Below, one piece after another: positions 62,881 to 64,000 of a DNA stretch of 64,000 bases. Where the stretch lies: positions 8,928,001-8,992,000 of the forward strand of contig NC_043011.1 in NCBI RefSeq assembly GCF_006345805.1, read 5' to 3'. How positions within the stretch are numbered: position 1 is the first letter of the stretch; each line of letters begins with the position of its first letter. This stretch comes from Octopus sinensis (lineage: Eukaryota). The notes under the pieces are model-generated. The model was not told where the DNA came from. It made no database searches and was given only the letters and a program-made list of their open reading frames with translations. A program made the position numbers and the translations under genes.

Positions 62881-63624
62881 TGTATATATGTATATATAGG
62901 ATTGCGGTTTCGTTTCCCAGACCGGGCGAGGTGAGGGTTTATTGAGCGAAAACACCTAAAGCTCCACGAGGCTCCAGCAGGGGGTGGTGGCGGTCCCTAC
63001 TGTACTCTTTCGCCACAACTTTCTCTCACTCTTTCTTCTGTTGGCCTGCTCGACTAGCCAGCAGGGTGGCGTCATTTGAAGGCTAAAACAATGCGAAGCA
63101 CATTGTGACCAGCGATGTGTAGCAACATCTGATAGCCTGGTCGGTCACGGTGATCACGGTGAGGGAAGCAGCCCCTTTCTTTTCGGTAAAACGATAAAAT
63201 ATGCCCAGTCCACATTTCAAAGAGGGAAAGATGCTTCGAGTCCCGCCCACTCAGTGCAAGCATTGGGGAAAAAGTAAAGAAGCCTTAAAGAAGAGGATAA
63301 TGTTGTTGTTGTTTTTTGTTGATGATGATGATGATGGTGGTGATGATGATGATGATGATGATGGTGATGGTGATGATGATATGAACAAAAATAACGTCAA
63401 GAAATTTTGGACAAACACATTTTCTTACAATAACATTGAATAGGGAGCAGGAAGGAAGGAAATTAACATTAAGTTATACGAAAAGGGAGTTAAGTAGAAA
63501 GGCCGCCATTCTGTGGATCTGGGTTTGGACTGTCTTGTGGAGTAATGACTACATAACAGGCACACTAAACTATTTAATCATAGCTACGCTGAAGACCATA
63601 TTAATTGCTGTCATGATAATGATA

Positions 63625-63689
<65 letters not shown>

Positions 63690-64000
63690 TAATAATAATA
63701 ATAATAATTTAAGAAAGGCCGAGCGTTGGATATTTGAAATGATCTTTGATGAGAATTATAAGGTGATACCTGGAACTTTTGACTGGTATAGTTACCTTAG
63801 TGTTGTAAACATAGGTATATTTTGAATCAGTCGCTTTTATGATTTAGCTGTCCTTGCATGGAATTTTTGTCTGTTTTTTTTTTTAAACAAATACTACCCT
63901 GAGAAGACTCAGATGCAAAAAGGTGAATTTTTTATAAATTCTCCAGTGGCCATGAGACGAAACAAATTGTTGGATTTATACTTGTTTTAATTATTTGTTT

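Overview
This is eukaryotic, AT-rich DNA dense in microsatellites and SINEs, almost certainly from an octopus. The assignment rests on octopus-type tRNA/CORE SINEs and a regulatory light chain that closely matches the squid mantle LC-2 sequence as I recall it. Two genes were reconstructed by hand from GT-AG sites and phase continuity. (1) CCDC125 on the + strand has 12 coding exons from 4815 to 40085, summing to 1659 nt (552 aa plus stop). (2) A molluscan myosin regulatory light chain on the - strand has 5 exons from 54617 to 51486; its N-terminal exon was not found. Between them are a CpG-rich promoter-like region with two RFX X-boxes (43.85-44.2 kb), candidate exons for an unidentified signal-peptide protein, and a 5'-truncated Tx1/L1 LINE flanked on both sides by (GATA)n. 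The rest is decayed LINEs (RTE, R4/Dong-like), SINEs, MITE/foldback palindromes, microsatellite-bounded tandem duplications and higher-order repeats. Most ORFs in the supplied track are microsatellite artefacts. I found no CRISPR array, rRNA or true tRNA gene. All homology calls come from recall of family sequences, not database searches. Repeat boundaries are approximate.
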